Shown piece by piece: positions 9,523 to 19,848 of a stretch of DNA of 54,336 bases. Location: IMG/VR virus record IMGVR_UViG_3300017788_000031, positions 1 through 54,336 of that record, one strand, 5' to 3'. The translations under genes and the position numbers were made by a program. Under the pieces are notes generated by a model. That model made no database searches. It was not told the origin of the DNA and worked only from the letters and a program-made list of their open reading frames with translations. The DNA comes from a virus. Lineage: Duplodnaviria > Caudoviricetes. The first letter of the stretch is position 1. Each line of letters opens with the position of its first letter.

Positions 9523-11958
9523 TTATCGAGGCGAAAACTCAGCGAAATCAAACCCATCCAAGCTATCCTCATTAGACTCAAAGTTCAATGGAGGAAGATT
9601 GTTCTTTCTTTGATTAATCAGTTTCGATTGCTGAGTGTTTTGAATACCAATGCGCTTTGCTTTAGCATCCTCTTTGTCTTTCTCACGCTGAGAAAGACTT
9701 GACGTTTCCATAGAGCCAAGCTTCACATTGTAGTCAAACTCCTGAGCCATCAGTTGAGATTTAAGCGCAGCCTCCTGCTTCATCTTTTCAATATCAAAAG
9801 CAATCTCTGCTTGTTTAATTTGCATCTTAGCCTGAGACTCAGCCTGTATCTTTTGCATTGCTACTTGAGCCGCTAACTCCTGAGACTTCAATTGCTGTTG
9901 AGCAATCATCGCCTGCTTCTGCATAGCCATCTTCTCTTCTCGCTGCTCTTTCTTAGTACGCTTTAACTTGAGAAGTTGATTGGCAAGCTTGATGTTCTTT
10001 ATCTCGCGGATGTCAATTGCATCCTCAAGGTTGATGTCACCCTTAGACAATGCCATCTGAATATTCTGCTCAAGCTGAGCCTTCTGCTCTTCATCAGGAG
10101 AAACCTCAATGAAGATTCCAAAGTCATATATGTATAGGTCTGATATGTCTCCAAGTATGGAAACATTGAATCGACCTATCTGATTGATAAACTCCTCTTT
10201 AAAGTCAGCATACTCCAAGATATCAGATATGCGATATGTAATCGCTTCTGCTAATGAGCGGTAGATATTCAATCCGCTCTCAAGGATATGTCGGGTAGCT
10301 GTGTTTGAATTTAACGCTGCCAACTTTTGCAAACCAACCAATGAGTGTGGGTCAGGAGTAGAACCATCACGAGCCTCGTTGAGTCCCGTCACTGTTCTAA
10401 TCATATCCATATAGTGATTGTAGTTGGCAATCAGCATCTGCGTCTTTGCAGCTCCTGAGTTAGACGTGAGTTGGGTAATCGGAACACGAGCGTTATTAAA
10501 GTCGCCATCTTGCGTAAAGCTTCGACCTATAACACTACCTGTTTGGAAATACAATCGAAGTGCATCCTCAGGGTTATATGCGTTACCTGTACCAAGGTCA
10601 ACTTCATTGAGTCCATCGGCATCAATGAATACGCCATCAGGTACAACCCGTGCTATCACCTGCTGTAGTTTAAGGTGAGTAATCTGAATGAGGTCGGCAA
10701 ATGGAATCATTCTACGAACCAATGACTCGATAACCCCCTTATACATACGAGGTGCGCAAGCAAAGTAATTAGGAAGCGCGTGCTGAGATGCAGATTTAGG
10801 TCGAACCATATTCTGAGACAACTCCCATTTTAAAAGGATGTTTGTCCCCATAACCATAATTCCCTCGTACCACACGTCAATTACTTTCTCAATCTTCTCG
10901 AAGTTGCCCTCCTCCATCATCTCAGTTGGAGGATTAAATGTATCGTCCTTCTCTATTATACGTGAGCCACCATTATCAAGTCTCTTCTTTTTATATACAA
11001 TCTTCTTAGTAGTCTTGTAGTTGAAGTACATCAGCGTGCAAGTATCCCTAAAGAACACACTGTTCTCATAAAATCGAGCTACGTTGTAGTAGTCATACCA
11101 TCCTTGACTGTATTGAGAAATCTCCTTTAAGTCTTCAGCGGTTAGAGATTGGTCAATCTTGTACAGCTCGGTAAGAGGCACAGTCTTAATCTCTCCCCAA
11201 TAAAAACAATCCTTGAAGTATGGGTCTTCAGTATAACTGTAGACTATGTTGGCCGGGTCAACATATGAAATCTTAACACCTGCGCCCTGCAAGAACTCGT
11301 GCTTGCAAACAGCTATACCTAATACAGTGCTATCATAGTCAAGTCGCTTGCGCGTATCTTGATAGTGGTTCTCATCAAAGATTGTATTGATTGCCTCTTC
11401 CTCTGCTATCTCAATAGCAGGTTTATAATTAAGCTGCATAAACAATGACAACTCATCATCACTCTCAGGTAACTCATCAGGCTCAACCATAAATGGATTT
11501 GCCCCCGTCAACTCTTGAACTTTCTGAAGCACAGGCTTACCCGCCATTTGAGTCTCGACCATCTCTTGATACTTACTCCTCTTGGATTGAGACATAGCAT
11601 CTTGAGCGTATGCCTTTACCTTAAAGAGTCGGTCAGACATACCATTTACTACGATGTCTACAAATTTTGGTATAACAGGAACAGGTGTCCAATCTAAATT
11701 GAGGTAAGAAAGGTCACCGTCAATAGCTAATTCATTTTTATATTTAGCTGTGCCTTGTTCGCCACGAGCATAAAGACGCAGTCTGTGGAAATCACGCCAT
11801 TGACTATAGTACCTACAAGATGTTCCGTCCTTTCTGAACCACTCATATTGAATGGCCTGTCCGACCTGAAGCCCAAATGCATCTGATTCTTTTTCTGCAT
11901 CAGTAGCAAACTGACTTGGGAAGCTTGTAGATAGTATGTTGATTTCTATATCTTTCAT
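9523..11958 (-). CDS. Portal protein
   Basis: 811 aa, follows terminase; IPKFVDIVVNG motif and a long Q/K/E-rich C-terminal coiled coil (P22-like barrel). Confidence 0.85.
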   Translation of the reverse strand: MKDIEINILSTSFPSQFATDAEKESDAFGLQVGQAIQYEWFRKDGTSCRYYSQWRDFHRLRLYARGEQGTAKYKNELAIDGDLSYLNLDWTPVPVIPKFVDIVVNGMSDRLFKVKAYAQDAMSQSKRSKYQEMVETQMAGKPVLQKVQELTGANPFMVEPDELPESDDELSLFMQLNYKPAIEIAEEEAINTIFDENHYQDTRKRLDYDSTVLGIAVCKHEFLQGAGVKISYVDPANIVYSYTEDPYFKDCFYWGEIKTVPLTELYKIDQSLTAEDLKEISQYSQGWYDYYNVARFYENSVFFRDTCTLMYFNYKTTKKIVYKKKRLDNGGSRIIEKDDTFNPPTEMMEEGNFEKIEKVIDVWYEGIMVMGTNILLKWELSQNMVRPKSASQHALPNYFACAPRMYKGVIESLVRRMIPFADLIQITHLKLQQVIARVVPDGVFIDADGLNEVDLGTGNAYNPEDALRLYFQTGSVIGRSFTQDGDFNNARVPITQLTSNSGAAKTQMLIANYNHYMDMIRTVTGLNEARDGSTPDPHSLVGLQKLAALNSNTATRHILESGLNIYRSLAEAITYRISDILEYADFKEEFINQIGRFNVSILGDISDLYIYDFGIFIEVSPDEEQKAQLEQNIQMALSKGDINLEDAIDIREIKNIKLANQLLKLKRTKKEQREEKMAMQKQAMIAQQQLKSQELAAQVAMQKIQAESQAKMQIKQAEIAFDIEKMKQEAALKSQLMAQEFDYNVKLGSMETSSLSQREKDKEDAKAKRIGIQNTQQSKLINQRKNNLPPLNFESNEDSLDGFDFAEFSPR

Positions 11959-14204
11959 CGAATCAATTGGCTTGTGTTTCCGTCATTCTTGTACCTTGCG
12001 AAGTTAATACTTATTTTGGATTCTTTTTTCTCGGGCATATAAAGATGTTTTTGGTTAGCCATTATAGCTAATCCTGAGCTGATAGATGCGTCAAACTTTG
12101 TTCGGTCATTAATATCAAACTTTGCCCAATCCTCAAGGGTTCTTGTAAATAGCATTGACCCCATTTCTTCGGGGTCTCTATAGCTACCCGTCAAATCCAT
12201 TCCAATGAACTTCTCAATGTATGATTCTATCGCGGCAGCGTGAGCCTGCTTCACGTCCTCAGATGAGTTCGGTATTCCTCCAAGTTCGCGCTCAGTCTTA
12301 GATAGTTTAGCATACTGCTTGTCGGGCCTGTTCATACAGAACCCACGGTATCCTCTATTCTTAAAGTGGTATAATAGGCGAGGCTTGTTGTTTTCTGCCA
12401 AGATAGGCATCCCATAAAACACGCAGGCCATAAGCACCTCCTCAAAAAATATCTCAGCCGTTTGTGGTCGTGCGACATACTCTAAAAAAAATTCATTTGC
12501 CGGGGCTTCATCCATATGGAACTTGGTCATTCCGTGAAGAGAACCGTTTGACCCGCGACCATCTACGACCGCAGAGATATCGTATGAGTCACATCCGAAA
12601 GAACCCATATGCTCATTGCCCGGGTACTTGATTCCATTTCGCAGGTGCACATTGTTTTGCATTTGCTTAGGAGGAACCCAACTGATTGCAAAACGCCCAC
12701 GCTTATCAGGCATAAATATGACCTGCGTATCCTTGATGCCATCCTTCCACATAAAGCTACCGCGAGTTACGTGTTGGTCAATTATCAAGGAGTCATTGTA
12801 GTCAATCTGCTGATAAATCTTAGTTAGGTTAAATAGGGCTTGCTTGCTCTCATCACGGAATGCGTGAGACTCGGTACGTGGGAACTGACGGTAAAATTCA
12901 TTGAGTGCATCTGAGTCGTGCTTTAGTGAATCAACCTCAGCCTCCCAATAATCTATAGCTCCATTAAAAATCCAATTGCCGTCAACTCCTCTGACTTTCT
13001 CTTGAGGCTTTCTAAACACAGGCATACCGTGTATATCAATGAAGCCCTCCATATTCCACTCCATCGGAATGAACAGAGAATACATCCCACTCTTGGTCTG
13101 TCCGTTAGCGTTACGCACACCTATGCGTGAATCCTCATATAGTTTTTTAAAGTTTTCTCCTCCCTTGCTCAAGGCATTTGAGGTAGACCCCATCATACAC
13201 TTCCCAATTATTTTGCTACCCAAACGTAAACACGTCTTGGTTACGCGCCAATTGTTTAGGATGTTGTTTGGCTTTACCCATTTACCCGACTCATCGTGAG
13301 CCAAGAACGCTAACTTCTCACCGTCATAGGAGTTCTCCTCAGTGTTCTTCCAATCTATGGTGGTGTCCAATCCTTCTATCTCTTCAGCTGAGGACTCGTA
13401 CATATTCTTCTTTGTAATCTTGGAAGCAGGAACACGAAACGCCAACTCAGTCTTTGGCTTGTCCATCCCATCCATAATTGGCCTAAAGAAAAACGGCAGT
13501 CTGCTATTAATAGGAACAACCTTATCTGTAAACATCTTCTTGGCATCAGCTCCCGTCTTTGACAGTATACCGACACGTGAGTCACGCGCAAGTGTGCCAA
13601 TATTGACGCACTCAGACGAGGCCATAAAAGAAAATCCCGAGCGCCTAATCTTTAGATATATCATACCGAATGCTCTTGGGTCTGCCTTGCACGCTTCCCA
13701 AAACAAAAAGAAGATTCTGTTAGCCTCACGAAAGTCAGGATATCCCACGTCAATACTTGACCATTGCAGATACATATAGTGAGCACCCGTGATATAGCAG
13801 GGCTTGCCATTATTCATAAACCAAAAGCCATCTTCTCTATGGTCAAACTCTTTTTCAATGTAGTCAACCCATCGGTCTTTAAACTCTTTGGGCTTCTCGT
13901 TCCATTGAAAGATAGACTGAATCTTTGCAAGCTCTTTAGGTAGCTCTCGCCTCTCCCAATATTGTTCCGATGGTTTGAAGTGTCTTTGAAGACACTCTTT
14001 AGGTGTAGCGGGTAAAGCGATATTGAGGCCCGATATATTTATTATCTCACCTATATCTCCCGTCTTAGAGATTACTACAATGTCGTGCTTTTCGTCATAA
14101 CCGTACGCCCAACTCTTTGCCTTGTTCTTTTTTGAAAGAGTGGCTGTTGGTATAAGGTCACGTACTAAAAAGTACAACGAGTTATTTAGACCTTCGTTCT
14201 GCAA
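11955..14204 (-). CDS. terL: Terminase large subunit
   Basis: Walker A-like KIRRSGFS, Walker B LAHDESGK, coupling motif GSTS, nuclease-domain FGCDSYD. Confidence 0.9.
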   Translation of the reverse strand: MQNEGLNNSLYFLVRDLIPTATLSKKNKAKSWAYGYDEKHDIVVISKTGDIGEIINISGLNIALPATPKECLQRHFKPSEQYWERRELPKELAKIQSIFQWNEKPKEFKDRWVDYIEKEFDHREDGFWFMNNGKPCYITGAHYMYLQWSSIDVGYPDFREANRIFFLFWEACKADPRAFGMIYLKIRRSGFSFMASSECVNIGTLARDSRVGILSKTGADAKKMFTDKVVPINSRLPFFFRPIMDGMDKPKTELAFRVPASKITKKNMYESSAEEIEGLDTTIDWKNTEENSYDGEKLAFLAHDESGKWVKPNNILNNWRVTKTCLRLGSKIIGKCMMGSTSNALSKGGENFKKLYEDSRIGVRNANGQTKSGMYSLFIPMEWNMEGFIDIHGMPVFRKPQEKVRGVDGNWIFNGAIDYWEAEVDSLKHDSDALNEFYRQFPRTESHAFRDESKQALFNLTKIYQQIDYNDSLIIDQHVTRGSFMWKDGIKDTQVIFMPDKRGRFAISWVPPKQMQNNVHLRNGIKYPGNEHMGSFGCDSYDISAVVDGRGSNGSLHGMTKFHMDEAPANEFFLEYVARPQTAEIFFEEVLMACVFYGMPILAENNKPRLLYHFKNRGYRGFCMNRPDKQYAKLSKTERELGGIPNSSEDVKQAHAAAIESYIEKFIGMDLTGSYRDPEEMGSMLFTRTLEDWAKFDINDRTKFDASISSGLAIMANQKHLYMPEKKESKISINFARYKNDGNTSQLIR
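13980..13995. repeat. 16-bp palindrome copy inside terL
   Basis: GTGTCTTTGAAGACAC. Confidence 0.95.
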
Positions 14205-14463
14205 ATCCCTGCTTGGTATCAGTTTTACTTATGCCTTTATCCACTGCGTTGAGACTTTCTCTCTCGGCCTCTATCCTATTTAATATCTCAAGCGCATCAA
14301 AGATTGCCAACTTCTTTGTCGCTGCTGCATTCTTTAATGCAGCAGCGGCCAACTCATCATCACCATTTGGTTTTAGAATCTCTTCTTGCGCAACCTTTAT
14401 GAGTTGCTCAACTGCTTTCTCAGCAGCGGCAATGATTTTGAACTTAACCTCTCTGCTATCCAT
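14182..14463 (-). CDS. Probable terminase small subunit
   Basis: 93 aa, helical, overlaps the terL start. Confidence 0.55.
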   Translation of the reverse strand: MDSREVKFKIIAAAEKAVEQLIKVAQEEILKPNGDDELAAAALKNAAATKKLAIFDALEILNRIEAERESLNAVDKGISKTDTKQGFAERRSK

Positions 14464-14464
14464 A

Positions 14465-14935
14465 TTACTTCTCCTCTAAAAAGATTACTTGAATAAGTCG
14501 AGCCTCATTGCCCTCTCCAAAGTTCTCATAAATATTACGCGAGTGTGGAGCGTCTGAGTTAAACGCAATCATTCGATTGAACTTTGAGTACACAGTGCAT
14601 AAAGGCTTATTGTTTACATCATATATAGTAGTACCATCATTCTCAGGATGGGTCTCATTAAGATACAAGATAACAGTAAGGTCGCCCATCATCTCATCAG
14701 AATGAATATAGTTTGGTTCTTCCTGATTAAGGGGAGACTTACGGATAAAGTTCCACTTTATGTTGTGGTTAGGGAATATGATTGAAACAACGCGAGAGAA
14801 CTCATCGTCCTCTCTTGGTTGTATATTTTTAAATGTACGTTCCCCATCATATATATCTTGAAAATCGTATTTGAAAATGTCTTCAACGTATGCTTTAGGG
14901 TCTCTAATTATACTGTCGAGTGATAGTAAGTTCAT
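14465..14935 (-). CDS. 2OG-Fe(II) oxygenase superfamily protein
   Basis: HxD in YIHSD, TVILYLN strand, FNRMIAFNSDAPHSR with distal His, RLIQVIF. Confidence 0.8.
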   Translation of the reverse strand: MNLLSLDSIIRDPKAYVEDIFKYDFQDIYDGERTFKNIQPREDDEFSRVVSIIFPNHNIKWNFIRKSPLNQEEPNYIHSDEMMGDLTVILYLNETHPENDGTTIYDVNNKPLCTVYSKFNRMIAFNSDAPHSRNIYENFGEGNEARLIQVIFLEEK

Positions 14936-15498
14936 AGTTTAATTGTTATTTGGTGGTCGTAGATTCGATATAACTTTTCGTCATCCACGATAAATTCATA
15001 TTCAGTTTCAGGGGCAAAACATACAGCATCTCCTGCCTTTACTCCTTGACTACAAAGATAGGCGTTAGGATATTTCATTATTCCCATTAGCGGCTCCTCT
15101 GAAAATGGCTTCTTGATATATGACTCAGTAGCTGCAATAGGCTTTACAAAACAATATCTGTCATACGCATACCACGTATCGCCTTTCTTGTACATAAAGA
15201 ATTGCTCCGAGTCAATAAGGAATATGTCTTCCCTAAAAAAACTACGACCGCTTTTGCGATTGCCTTTTATGTCATTATAAAACTTAAATGCATTATGATG
15301 CACTATCAGGATATCTCCGGGTTCAATTGGTCCCGAATATCCCAAGGGGGTCTCAACAACCTCAGCATACCTATTGGAGAACTTGTGGTCCTCCTCTGAG
15401 GTGCTCACGATAAACTCTACTCCGCCTATGTCCTTTGTGTTGTCGTAACGCTTCCCCTTTAATGGCCTTGCCATAAAGTAGAATGGTGACTTCATCAA
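14932..15498 (-). CDS. GroES-like co-chaperonin, tandem two-domain form
   Basis: Two GroES-like repeats (IEPGDILIV; VKAGDAVCF...EFIVDDEKLYRI). Confidence 0.6.
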   Translation of the reverse strand: MMKSPFYFMARPLKGKRYDNTKDIGGVEFIVSTSEEDHKFSNRYAEVVETPLGYSGPIEPGDILIVHHNAFKFYNDIKGNRKSGRSFFREDIFLIDSEQFFMYKKGDTWYAYDRYCFVKPIAATESYIKKPFSEEPLMGIMKYPNAYLCSQGVKAGDAVCFAPETEYEFIVDDEKLYRIYDHQITIKL

Positions 15499-15728
15499 AA
15501 ATCTATATTAAATTCGATTGAAATTGGAATGGTTGAGGTGAACTCTTTCCAAAGCACCACCTCTTGTTTTTCATTTATGATGTAAATCTGTATTGAATCT
15601 CGCTCTTGATTGTATTTGATATGGCGTATCTCGTTGCTGTTACCAAGAATTTTTTGCCCCACAATGTAATGCATTGCCCCTCCTTTGTAATCAGGCCCAA
15701 TTGATATCTTCCTTATATCTAACATCAA
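15495..15728 (-). CDS. Hypothetical protein
   Basis: 77 aa, coupled overlaps on both sides. Confidence 0.7.
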   Translation of the reverse strand: MMLDIRKISIGPDYKGGAMHYIVGQKILGNSNEIRHIKYNQERDSIQIYIINEKQEVVLWKEFTSTIPISIEFNIDF

Positions 15729-16966
15729 CTTATTTTTGTAACGGTAACAATTACAGAAGGAGTTGCAGGATGAAGAAGTGTAGGAGCAGAAGCCTGTAAA
15801 CCTGCGGCGTTATCGTGCATCCAATATATTTGAAATGCATCACCGATAGTTAGTCGCGCAATGTAATTCCAAGAAGCTACTGCATATGTATTTGAAGATA
15901 GAGTAACCGATGTGTTTGAGTTAGGAATATTTGTTCCATTAAAAGCAAACCATATATCAACTTCAACAGCTCCACTTGTATTTCTTATCTGAGCGGAAAA
16001 CTGTATATTGTAGTAAGCATCTTGAGTAACCTGAATTTCATTTGTATTAACTACACTTACACCTCCAAAAGCAAAATCAACCGAGTTAAACTCCATAGGA
16101 GTTGGCGTATTAGGAGCAGCATTTTGAGAATTAGTCTCATAAAACTGAGCAAAAGCAGGAGACACCCATTGAGTCATAGTTCCCGTTGATTGTAAGTATT
16201 CACCGAAAAGTCCCGGAGAATTTGTACCATCATAAAACTTGTCAGACAGATAAAAACTACCCGTAAGGTTTATGTCATTAGTAGCAGTGTTGCCTGCCGC
16301 AAGAACCTCTTCAAGCCCATAAGTAGTCCAAGCAGTATTAGTAACATTAGTAATTAATACTTGACCCGCAGTACCCGCAACTCCCGCCCCATCAAGAAGA
16401 GCATCATCAAGATAAACAGGTCCAAAAAAATCAGAATTGCCTGTTATAGATAATGTGCCCGTAAGATTGATATCTTGAGTAGCTGTATTTCCTGCATCAA
16501 GAGTATCCTGAAGATTGCTTGCAAATGAACCTAAGCTTACCCATTGAGTTAAAGCACCTGTAGAAGATAACACCTGCCCCGGTGTCCCCGGTAAATTAAA
16601 TCCATCTCTTAACTCTTGTTCAAGAACAACAACGTCTGCAAATACGGAAGCGCTACCCGGAGCAGCATAAAGATTACCACTGTAAGTAATACTATTAGAT
16701 GTCGTAAGACCCGTTACAGTTATATTGTTTCCAAAAAAACCATCTCCTGTAAGAGTTAGGTCTTGGGCATCAAGATTAAATGCCCCCAAGTTAACATTTG
16801 CCGTAGCACCCGTATATGGCACGTACAATCCCAATGAACCAATCAATCCGAGTATGTCAGATATCATAAAGTTCTTTGTAGCGTTGTTATCCGTTACCTC
16901 TGTTCCAATAAGCATATCGGAAAGAGTAGGCGTGCCTACATTAGGGTATGTACTAATTTTTGCCAT
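15725..16966 (-). CDS. Tail fibre/spike-like structural protein
   Basis: YVPYTGATANVNLG motif, repeated GTxGQVL and LxAGNTATxDINLTG units, beta-sandwich-like C-terminus. Confidence 0.65.
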   Translation of the reverse strand: MAKISTYPNVGTPTLSDMLIGTEVTDNNATKNFMISDILGLIGSLGLYVPYTGATANVNLGAFNLDAQDLTLTGDGFFGNNITVTGLTTSNSITYSGNLYAAPGSASVFADVVVLEQELRDGFNLPGTPGQVLSSTGALTQWVSLGSFASNLQDTLDAGNTATQDINLTGTLSITGNSDFFGPVYLDDALLDGAGVAGTAGQVLITNVTNTAWTTYGLEEVLAAGNTATNDINLTGSFYLSDKFYDGTNSPGLFGEYLQSTGTMTQWVSPAFAQFYETNSQNAAPNTPTPMEFNSVDFAFGGVSVVNTNEIQVTQDAYYNIQFSAQIRNTSGAVEVDIWFAFNGTNIPNSNTSVTLSSNTYAVASWNYIARLTIGDAFQIYWMHDNAAGLQASAPTLLHPATPSVIVTVTKIS

Positions 16967-16973
16967 TGTATTG

Positions 16974-17210
16974 TTATTCTTGTTTTTGAGTTACCTCTCC
17001 TGTTTGGAGATTGATTACGGAATCCTTACCGTATTTCTTAATTAGTTCTTTTTCGTGATTTGAAAACATAGACTTCATAGCGTCAATGTGACGTATCAAC
17101 CCTTCTTTCTGAAGTTCGATTTCGCCAATAGCCATCTTGGCCTTGTTGAAGTCTGAGTTCATTTCCTGAATCTTAGTCAATTCTTCCTTTGTGATAAAAA
17201 CTTGTTCCAT
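16974..17210 (-). CDS. Small coiled-coil protein (78 aa, start MEQVF)
   Basis: Start revised to follow the -7 element TATCTTTG at 17238-17245. Confidence 0.65.
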   Translation of the reverse strand: MEQVFITKEELTKIQEMNSDFNKAKMAIGEIELQKEGLIRHIDAMKSMFSNHEKELIKKYGKDSVINLQTGEVTQKQE

Positions 17211-17256
17211 TTTATTTGATTTGATTTTGTTATTGGACAAAGATAAGCGTTTTTTC

Positions 17257-17718
17257 TTACTGAACATTTCGCTTTATGGCACTACCGAAGTAATAACCAA
17301 AAATAGATATCACTAAACCCTCTGTGATACCGATGAGATGAATCCAAATCTCTTTGTTTGCCTCAGGTATAGCGAGAAATGCTATTGCATACACGATAAA
17401 GCAGAACGCAGATAGGCCAATCAGCCCCGTGATATAAAAAAGAAAGTCAAACTTGCTATGAGATGAAATCTCAATCTCTCGTTTACGTGCGGAATCTCTG
17501 TCTGCCACCTCCAACTCCATCATTCTTACAAGCTCATCATTGAGCATTTCTTTTTCTTCCTGAGATAAGTCCTCAGAAAGGTTGATAAGGTTTTTGGCTA
17601 CGCCCAAAACACCACTGCTTGGCAGCAAATCACCTACAACCTCTAATACTCTTGGGGATTTTGTTTTTAGAAACTTACCTACACGTGTATCTCTAAACTT
17701 TTTTTTCTCAGGCATCAC
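17257..17718 (-). CDS. Holin-like membrane protein
   Basis: Two C-terminal transmembrane segments ending GYYFGS, preceded by DRDSARKRE; adjacent to the endolysin. Confidence 0.7.
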   Translation of the reverse strand: MMPEKKKFRDTRVGKFLKTKSPRVLEVVGDLLPSSGVLGVAKNLINLSEDLSQEEKEMLNDELVRMMELEVADRDSARKREIEISSHSKFDFLFYITGLIGLSAFCFIVYAIAFLAIPEANKEIWIHLIGITEGLVISIFGYYFGSAIKRNVQ

Positions 17719-18179
17719 TGTTTTATTTCAAAGTGCATCCAATCAAAGTTCTTTTCACGCCCCAATGAAATGAATCCGTGCTTATAGAAGATGTCAATCA
17801 TTGGCTTATACTCAGGTTTTGCAAATCGCGCAGTCGCTTTTGTTTCACTAAGCGTGTTACGGGCAGGGTCCAAGTCAATGGCTATACCCCAAGAGTGAAG
17901 CGACCACGCAGCGCCTGTTCTCATCTTACGATAATTGAAACAACCTCCAAACAAGTCAATGCCAAGTTCTTTTATACGCTCATATCCGTAGTGAAAAAGC
18001 AAATCATTGAAGACAGCGTTAAAGTTTTCAGCCACTAACTTATGACAACGCATTTTTGTGATGATAGTTTCTTTGTCCCAAGCAAGACGCATTGGGTAGG
18101 GAAGCTTTATCGTAACTAAATACCCATCTCCCGTTACGTTAGGAGCGCCATATCTTTTTACGATTTGTCCTGTTGTCAT
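17715..18179 (-). CDS. Endolysin, peptidase M15 family
   Basis: SLHSWGIAIDL (SxH...D) and DWMHFE zinc-ligand motifs. Confidence 0.9.
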   Translation of the reverse strand: MTTGQIVKRYGAPNVTGDGYLVTIKLPYPMRLAWDKETIITKMRCHKLVAENFNAVFNDLLFHYGYERIKELGIDLFGGCFNYRKMRTGAAWSLHSWGIAIDLDPARNTLSETKATARFAKPEYKPMIDIFYKHGFISLGREKNFDWMHFEIKQ

Positions 18180-18310
18180 CGTCCTTGCCCTTTATATTTT
18201 TTCTTGTATAGCTTACTTGACTTCAAGCTACTTGATTGAGTCTTTGCGTGAATACCTTTTCTTCTAACCTTAAAGTTAGTTCGAGTCGTTGTTGATATTT
18301 GCTTTGCCAT
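18176..18310 (-). CDS. Small basic protein (44 aa) ending YKKKYKGQGR; not in ORF track
   Basis: Translated by hand as MAKQISTTTRTNFKVRRKGIHAKT...; ATGA overlap with the endolysin start. Confidence 0.7.
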   Translation of the reverse strand: MAKQISTTTRTNFKVRRKGIHAKTQSSSLKSSKLYKKKYKGQGR

Positions 18311-18473
18311 CTGCCTTAAATTTCTTTACTTCATTAACAGTTCTTACTACAGTATAAAGTATTGTAGCAAAAAACAAAATGGACTGTAAGGTATCGTTCA
18401 TATCGTTTATCTTTAGTAAAACCATACAGATGACATTTGCACCCAATACCTTTATATCGTCTAAGTGTACCAT
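18276..18473 (-). CDS. Small membrane protein, holin-like
   Basis: 65 aa with hydrophobic segments, in the lysis cluster. Confidence 0.55.
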   Translation of the reverse strand: MVHLDDIKVLGANVICMVLLKINDMNDTLQSILFFATILYTVVRTVNEVKKFKADGKANINNDSN

Positions 18474-18504
18474 CTTGTTTTTGTTTTTCTCAATAAGATA
18501 TTTA

Positions 18505-19245
18505 CTATATCCCTATGCTGTTTGATATTGACAATACTCTAAAAAAGTCCCCTGTAGAAGGAGGAGGCGGATTTGTTGATGTCCCCGCTAAAGCATATTG
18601 AGCTGTACCACAGTCAGTATCACAGAATATCTTGTACACACTTAAATCGTAATCACTCGTTGGAGTCCAATATGCCGTCTCATAATAAGCGCTCCTTGCA
18701 AAAAGAGTTGTGCCCCCCGCGGCAAAAGATATCTCAGCGTTATCACTGTACCAACTATAACTATATCTAATGCAAGTCTCATTGTTTATAGCAAAAGGGG
18801 GGGGATTAACAGTGTTACCAACCTCTACAGTTCCAAAGTCAATAGGCAATGTATTATTTGCTATTGTGATACTATCCTGAATATCCAACTCAGTTATGCT
18901 ATACTCAAAAGTATAAAGGCCACCACCTGATATATCAAATAAAAACTTAATGATATCGGTGTTTCCTACAGTACCTGACGGAATAATCTCAAATCCAAAC
19001 ACAGCATTTGTTCCAAAATTTACAGTATAAGGAAAAGTTGCAGGTGCCCCATCAATAGTTATGTTGGCTGCGGTAATAGTATTCTCATCAACAGTCAAAG
19101 CATCTATTGTAAGTCCACCTACATCATCAGTACTAAGAAGACCTGCAATAAAAGAAACACAATTTGAGTACACTCCATTTGAATTTGGAGATAACTGCAA
19201 GTCATTTGAACCTACATCAAAGTTTAACAATAACGCCATTACCAA
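18505..19245 (-). CDS. Hypothetical acidic beta-rich protein, possibly virion-associated
   Basis: 246-aa ORF, Ig-like composition. Confidence 0.6.
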   Translation of the reverse strand: MVMALLLNFDVGSNDLQLSPNSNGVYSNCVSFIAGLLSTDDVGGLTIDALTVDENTITAANITIDGAPATFPYTVNFGTNAVFGFEIIPSGTVGNTDIIKFLFDISGGGLYTFEYSITELDIQDSITIANNTLPIDFGTVEVGNTVNPPPFAINNETCIRYSYSWYSDNAEISFAAGGTTLFARSAYYETAYWTPTSDYDLSVYKIFCDTDCGTAQYALAGTSTNPPPPSTGDFFRVLSISNSIGI

Positions 19246-19511
19246 AGACCAATTATATTAGGTACAGTAGTACCTGTTGCATATACACGCAATACCTGCA
19301 CAGGAAAGAATCCCGGCTCAACAGAAACAAAGGTTACAATGTCATCTCCCGTAGTGAGCACTCTCAAATTACCTCTTCCTCCAAGATACAATAAGCATCC
19401 TGTATTTTCTCCAAAATCATTATCTGTAGCAACCCAAGGTGGCACAATGTTTTTTGTGTCACTTGGAGCTATTGCTGCCGCTCTATTCGCTTGTGGTTTC
19501 TGTACGCTCAT
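19239..19511 (-). CDS. Small virion-associated protein
   Basis: LYLGGRGNLRV...FFPVQVLRVYATGTT pattern of small phage head-spike base proteins (recall). Confidence 0.55.
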   Translation of the reverse strand: MSVQKPQANRAAAIAPSDTKNIVPPWVATDNDFGENTGCLLYLGGRGNLRVLTTGDDIVTFVSVEPGFFPVQVLRVYATGTTVPNIIGLW

Positions 19512-19689
19512 TTTCTTTATTGTTATATGGAAACATTTCGTTTAACTTTTCCTGCCTTTTAGCACAACCGCAGTCAACACCCATCGCATCAGATACGGTG
19601 TCAACTAATTTCTTAATTCCTGTAGCCTCAGTTATCTTGGCAACCGTGTCGCCAAGACCTAAGCTTTTACCAACGTATGTAATCTTCAT
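19483..19689 (-). CDS. Hypothetical protein with GLGD and DCGC motifs
   Basis: 68 aa; GLGDTVAKITEATGIK...DCGCAKRQEKLN. Confidence 0.7.
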   Translation of the reverse strand: MKITYVGKSLGLGDTVAKITEATGIKKLVDTVSDAMGVDCGCAKRQEKLNEMFPYNNKENERTETTSE

Positions 19690-19692
19690 ATC

Positions 19693-19848
19693 TTACTTAG
19701 ATTTTTTACGTCCCGCAGCAGCCATCTCTTGAAACTTCTGCTTGCCATACTTATTGCGGCCAATGACCGCTGTGATAGCATCAGCACTTTTCTTACTGAT
19801 TCCCTGCTTCTTTTGAATCTTGCTGCTTAATTCACTGAACTTGCTCAT
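19693..19848 (-). CDS. Small basic protein (51 aa); not in ORF track
   Basis: MSKFSELSSKIQKKQGISKKSADAITAVIGRNKYGKQKFQEMAAAGRKKSK; -7 element TACCTTTG at 19853-19860. Confidence 0.7.
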   Translation of the reverse strand: MSKFSELSSKIQKKQGISKKSADAITAVIGRNKYGKQKFQEMAAAGRKKSK

